A DNA stretch of 64,000 bases from contig OX337232.1 in assembly GCA_946965045.2 (NCBI GenBank), positions 62,001 through 126,000 on the forward strand, read 5' to 3'. A program made the translations under genes and the position numbers. Below are positions 59,272-64,000 of this stretch, in pieces; positions within the stretch are counted from its first letter, which is position 1, and every line of letters starts with the position of its first letter. Under the pieces are notes generated by a model that did not search any database, had not been told where the DNA came from, and saw only the letters and a program-made list of their open reading frames with translations. This DNA comes from Epithemia pelagica (Eukaryota; Protista; Bacillariophyta).

Positions 59272-60117
59272 ATGATGATGGTATCAAAAGGAGTCCTCTG
59301 CAACAACATTGTTCGAAACCATCCATGGGCTTGGAATCGAATGCCGACTACCAGGGCTGTGTCTGCGGTCTATCATCGCGGCGTCTCGTTTCTGGTTGAA
59401 GGACTCTCGATGGATGTGCCACAAACACTGTTGGACCAGTTCCCGGACACCAAGTTAGCCAAACTTGCAATGAGCAGCCCGGCGAAGGATGACGAACCGA
59501 TTGCGATTGACGTCGATTGGCTCCGTTTTCGCTACATGGTTGAATACATGCGCAACGGGTAAGTCACTTTTGCGCATCCGGGCATTGTCGACAAGGAATC
59601 CTTGTTGACAACGCTGGATAATTTTGGATTTCAGGATACAAGTGACCTCATGGTGGTGAATCCTGGCACGTCTTTAGGCTCTGCAGTGATGCATGCTAAG
59701 AAACACCTTGAAGTCCTGAACGCCGAATATGAATCACGCGAAGAAGCTATCTGGAACGATAAAAAGACGGCTAAAACAGCAAAAGAACGCGCCAAACACG
59801 AATACAAGCACAGGTGCTTAAGGGCAGCGAAGTTTGTGTTCTTCGAACAGTTGAAGACCAACAAACTGAAAATAGACATGCCGCAAGACTTCTTAGAGTG
59901 GGACTTCCACCATATCTACCTTGACACAATCTATGCCTGTGTTTACAACGGTGAACAGAACCAAGGAGGCGAATCTTTCAAATTCATGGTCGAGTGTTGC
60001 AATGAAGATAGCGAGCTTCGAAATTACCATCAAGACTGTATGATGCTGTATAGTTTGGAATATGAGGACGTGGAGGAAGGCTATGTTATCTTGAAACCGT
60101 CTTTGAAATCCACGTAA
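59272..60117 (+). pseudogene. BTB13: BTB11 paralog with one in-frame TAA
   Basis: aac ggg TAA gtc act (59560-59562) where paralogs encode Lys; the same frame continues to LKPSLKST. Confidence 0.85.
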
Positions 60118-60796
60118 CACTCGATCGGGCTGGAGCATTTTCGAGTCTTTTTTCTTCACGACGTGACTGGTTCTGTTGGTGGAATGGCAGCATGTTTCAG
60201 TCTGGACAAAATACGCTTGGGCGAGTAGTACAGAATAGACTTATGAAAAAGCAGGACTAGGCGTAGGCCATTCTCTTGTGACTTTCTACCGTGTCTCCAC
60301 TGGTTGCATGGCACGGAACTAGGTGCGTCTTGTTGGCTTTGGCCTTTTCTTCTCCAAAAGTGTTGCGCGCGCATTTCATTCCACAGTTTCTACAACTGCA
60401 CGCCTTGCAAGGAGACTCCCCTCCCTAGTAGTAGATGGTGGTTGCCGTCGTGGTATTTGTGTGTGCGCGGATTGTGGATTTGTTCCAAAGATACATCAGC
60501 CTAGTAGGAGTCCTTTTCCCTCGTGTCGTGTTGTTGATGTTCTTGTTCTTGTTGTTGCGGCTACTGCTTTGTTTGTTTCGTTGCAATACACTTGGCCTGT
60601 TCGAGTTGTTGTGGCATCTCCGACAACAGTTTGTACACACGATGCAAGGGTATACTCCCGTGGTGATTGTTGTTGGAGTAGTTGGAGCAGTGACATTCGT
60701 GTCCACAGACACACATGTCGTCCACCTCCTTCTCCTTTTCATTCGCCGGCCGTCGATTCCGTGTCATATATCTTGTTGGCACCCATCCACAGGATC

Positions 60797-61290
60797 TCAC
60801 AGTGCGCAGGACGAATCCAAATCGCCCCATCGCCATTCGACATTTAGCGATTCCATGCATCCGTTTCCTTCTTTTGTTATGTCTTTCTGATATACTACTT
60901 TGTCTTTTTCGTTTGGTTCTGTTTCGTTGCGATACATGGCTTGTTCCAATTGTTGCATCTCGTACAGTATTTCATAGACGCGATGCAAGGGCACTCCATC
61001 AGTGGTCGAAGCATTCGCGCCCTTGTCGTCTGGAATCACAAATGGCACCTTGTCGGCTTTCGTGTCATTGGGACGTGGAATCGGCGTCATGCCTTCGCAC
61101 CCCGTCCCTTCCAACGGATCCCACAGGGGCAATGTACTGTCCATATCCAAATCTCCCCGTCGACATTCGGTGTTCCACGATTCGATAGATTCGAGCAAAT
61201 AGGGATAAAATGGATAAATCGAACATTGCAACGGTCGAGCGGGATACATTTAGCAATGCTTGGTTTCTTCGAGTTGGCAATGCCCGTCGA
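60797..61290 (-). pseudogene. YkgJ-like remnant, copy 2
   Basis: EETKHC*MYPARPLQCSIYPFYPYLLES...GCEG, with TAA at 61250-61252 where copy 1 has CAA. Confidence 0.65.
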
Positions 61291-62887
61291 CATTCGTCAT
61301 GGTATCCTCCGATTCCCGCACAAACGGTCGTGTCATGGGCGTTTTCTTGAGGCGAATCCATTGCTGAGACAAGAGGCGTTATGGTAAAAAACGGTATCCT
61401 TGGAATCGAATCAACCAGAATTATACGAAAGACCATCCTCCTTTTCTCCATGACTGGAAAGACCACGTCTTGGGGATTCATTCAATACGGTCTTTGAAAT
61501 CGTTCCGATTCTAGGTCCGCTCTCGTATTATAAGGAAAGCCTTGATCCTGATGGATAAGAGAGGACTGACCAAAGCAGCGTGTACATGGTGAACGAACGA
61601 CGACGAGACTTCGGGATCTTTTTTCTTTTGTGGTTGTGGGTCGCACAGAGGGATCCAGTCGCGTGTCGTGACGGATTGACTGGTCGCGGGTATAACGGCA
61701 GAGAATGGCTCGCAGACACGCCGACCGACGCGAGCTTTCCCACTTTTGGTAGATCCTCGCCAACGGTCCCCTCCAGGTGTGGTAAAGCATCTCTCACAAT
61801 AACCAAAAGAGGCATTGGTCTTGCTCTCCCTCCTCGCCATCTTTCTTGTTATTACACGACAGGCAGACATTCATGTTCCACACAAACGATGTGACGTAAT
61901 AATAACATGGAGACAAAGAACAACACTGTAAATCATGTCACGATAAAGAGACGTGCCGTATCAGCAGCAGCAATCTACAGTCTGGTGTGAATGAATCAAA
62001 AGTCCATTTGGATGACGACTGACACACCAATCGTCGTCCTTACAACAGGAAGGATCCATTCATGTGGCCACAAGTGTGTTACTTGAGTGGTCACAAGACA
62101 GATCAAATTCACACCAGAATCTCTTGTCGTGGTGGGACAAAGTCGATCCTCGAACTACAGCTTGCTGTGCGGCCAGTTATTGATCCATAAGGGCGCTTCC
62201 CCAAGACCAAGCTTGCGCGCGCAATTGCAGGCTGGACACTCTCAATCTCTTTGTGTCCGTGTCGCCGTTCCGATCCAATGTCCACAAGACACGCCTTGTT
62301 GTGGCGTTCCGACAACAAGGATGGATCATGAAACAAAGCCACGCACATTCTGGATGAGAAGCATTTCGCCGATTGGGAGGAAAACGGTGAGACGGATTGT
62401 TGGTTGGAGTATGCCTAGTTTCAATCCACACGACAATGACGAAAACGACAAGAGAAACTCAATGCCAGACCAAAAAGTGACTGGGCTATGAACGTCCTTT
62501 TGGAGCAACGACAGTCTTGGCAACCCAGTGCCGCAACGCTACCAACAAACGAACAAGACCAACGTTTGTGTTTGGGAATGGCGCTCCAGAACTTTATTCA
62601 TACCGAGGCGGCACGGGACTCACCTTTTTCATTCTGATGGAGCTTGTTTGGAATGAAGAACAAGCAGCTTGATTGGAAGAAACCAAGCAGAACGGCCAGT
62701 GGCAAGATCACTGTGGAGAAACACTACCAATAACTCAAGGAGAAGATCTTGTTCTGCACATAGCTATGAGACGGCAGCAAAGGTTTTGAGGGGAAGCACT
62801 CACTGCAGAAAAACATTAACACACATCAAACCAGCACATGCTGTGTAATTTGTCCGTATCGACAAAGATAAAGAAGAAATCACAAGA

Positions 62888-63774
62888 ATGATTCCAACGG
62901 TCGTTGTGAAAACCGCAGTGCGGTGCAAGAACATGCTTTGTTCGGGGACGACGACGAGCCGCTTTGGAAGCGTTTCATGTCGAAACCTGCGTGGCATTTC
63001 GTTTCTGGTCGAAGGACTTTCCGTGGATGTGCCACAAACACTCCTGGACAAGTTTCCCGATACCAAGCTAGCGAAACTTGCCAGGGACAACTCAGGAAAA
63101 GACAGTGAGCCTATTGCGATTGAAGTTGATTTGAACCATTTTCGTTTCCTTATAGATTATATGCGTCATGACAAAGTCGTTGTGCCGTACAAGAGCAGTC
63201 TCACGAAGGAGTCCTTGTTGAAGACTTTTCAAAGTTTTGAGTTCGATGATGGAGACAGTGTCTTGTCGTCAGGTGGCGGAATCCAGATGGAAAATATGCC
63301 AGATCTGTCGGAAGAGGTCAAAGAATCCAAAATGTCAACCACACAAACGCGATCCATTGGATGAATACTCTTGAAAAAGAGCAAATTGCGCGTATGTTGG
63401 CCGTGGTGCAAGAAAAACATGAACAAAGACTAGAAGGACATAATCTTGACTACAAGGAAAGGTGCCTTGATGTGGCGCTTTTCCTTTTTCAAGAATACAG
63501 GAAAGCGGGCAGCTTGTCAATTAAGGTGTACGCCAAAGAAAGAGTGAAACGTTTTGAAGACATGAGCCGCAATACTGAAGTAACCGTTTCAGCAATGCAT
63601 ACTAAAGTTGAAACAATCATGACTATGACGGAACATCAGCTCGTTCCTAATACCCTCAAGACGTTCCACCAAGAGTCATTGGCTTTGTTTAGTTTGCAAT
63701 ACGCTGGTTTTTCTAAAACACACGATGGCATTGAAGTTCAGCTGGTCCCCCTTCTTTCGGAAACAGACCCGTAA
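62888..63774 (+). pseudogene. BTB14: BTB12 paralog with a 2-nt insertion
   Basis: Removing one AC from accacaca (63338-63345) gives KMSTTNAIHWMNTLE, matching BTB12 KISTRDAIKWLNTLE. Confidence 0.85.
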
Positions 63775-64000
63775 AAGCATCCTAAAGCAAAAATAAGATC
63801 GATGGAGTTCGGAAAAGTAAGTAGTTTGCTCTCCTATAGTCGCACTGTCAAGTGCCGGTAGCCAACGATGATAGGAATGATGCTGGCTTGGAATCCTCTT
63901 TTGCTGGACAACATTCGACCGACTCAACGGACAAAAACATATCTGACGAGTACGTTCCATACACATAACAACGACCACATCTACAGGTTTTGAGGTGAAG

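Larger units (their letters stand above)
53285..61260 (+). repeat. Direct duplications: 53285-55400 approximately equals 59110-61260; upstream blocks 48440-49870, 52690-53330 and 56480-57790 are mutually similar
   Basis: Colinear coding and non-coding similarity; boundaries approximate. Confidence 0.8.
20423..61731. promoter_or_regulatory. Dispersed about 29-nt motif AATGGCTCGCAGRCRCGCCGACCGAGACG, 8 copies
   Basis: Minus-sense copies at 20423-20451, 24123-24151, 27450-27477, 31022-31050 and 47856-47884; plus-sense copies at 51796-51822, 56302-56330 and 61704-61731. The regulatory role is inferred. Confidence 0.55.
37796..63997 (+). promoter_or_regulatory. Proximal motif AGGTTTTG(C/A)GG(T) located 74-118 nt upstream of BTB9-14 start codons
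   Basis: Starts at 37796, 49948, 53401, 57889, 59195, 62781 and 63985. A second motif, CCCACACGATCC, ends at 37600, 49860, 53307, 57775 and 59130. Confidence 0.6.

Noticed and set aside
17081-63774. Voltage-gated K+ channel genes (the T1 domain is shared with Shaker channels)
   Set aside because: No six-TM region or TVGYG/GYG pore motif follows any BTB; the proteins end after a soluble domain.

Overview
Eukaryotic nuclear DNA, most likely a diatom. Evidence: an ASAFAP-type bipartite plastid presequence, GT-AG introns and a CoDi-like Ty1/copia element. The window is dominated by a tandem array of 14 KCTD/T1-type BTB(POZ) genes plus remnants, all sharing an unrecognised C-terminal domain (consensus ending H/Y-Q-[DE]-[CS]-[LM]-x-x-[FY]-G-L-x-Y). 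Three copies carry single lesions and one is a chimera. Most carry basic, acid-poor N-terminal leaders resembling mitochondrial presequences. Recent paralog pairs differ almost only by replacement changes in two patches of the C-terminal domain. The array also holds a very recent full-length copia element (10356-16991; identical 157-bp LTRs, AAAGT TSD, gag and pol separated by one in-frame TGA), a 1255-aa low-complexity gene, a plastid-targeted myo-inositol 2-dehydrogenase-like gene, a disrupted large membrane-protein gene, two YkgJ-like pseudogenes, nested direct and inverted duplications, and shared upstream motifs. No rRNA, tRNA or CRISPR was recognised. All family assignments are by eye from motifs; no database searches were run.
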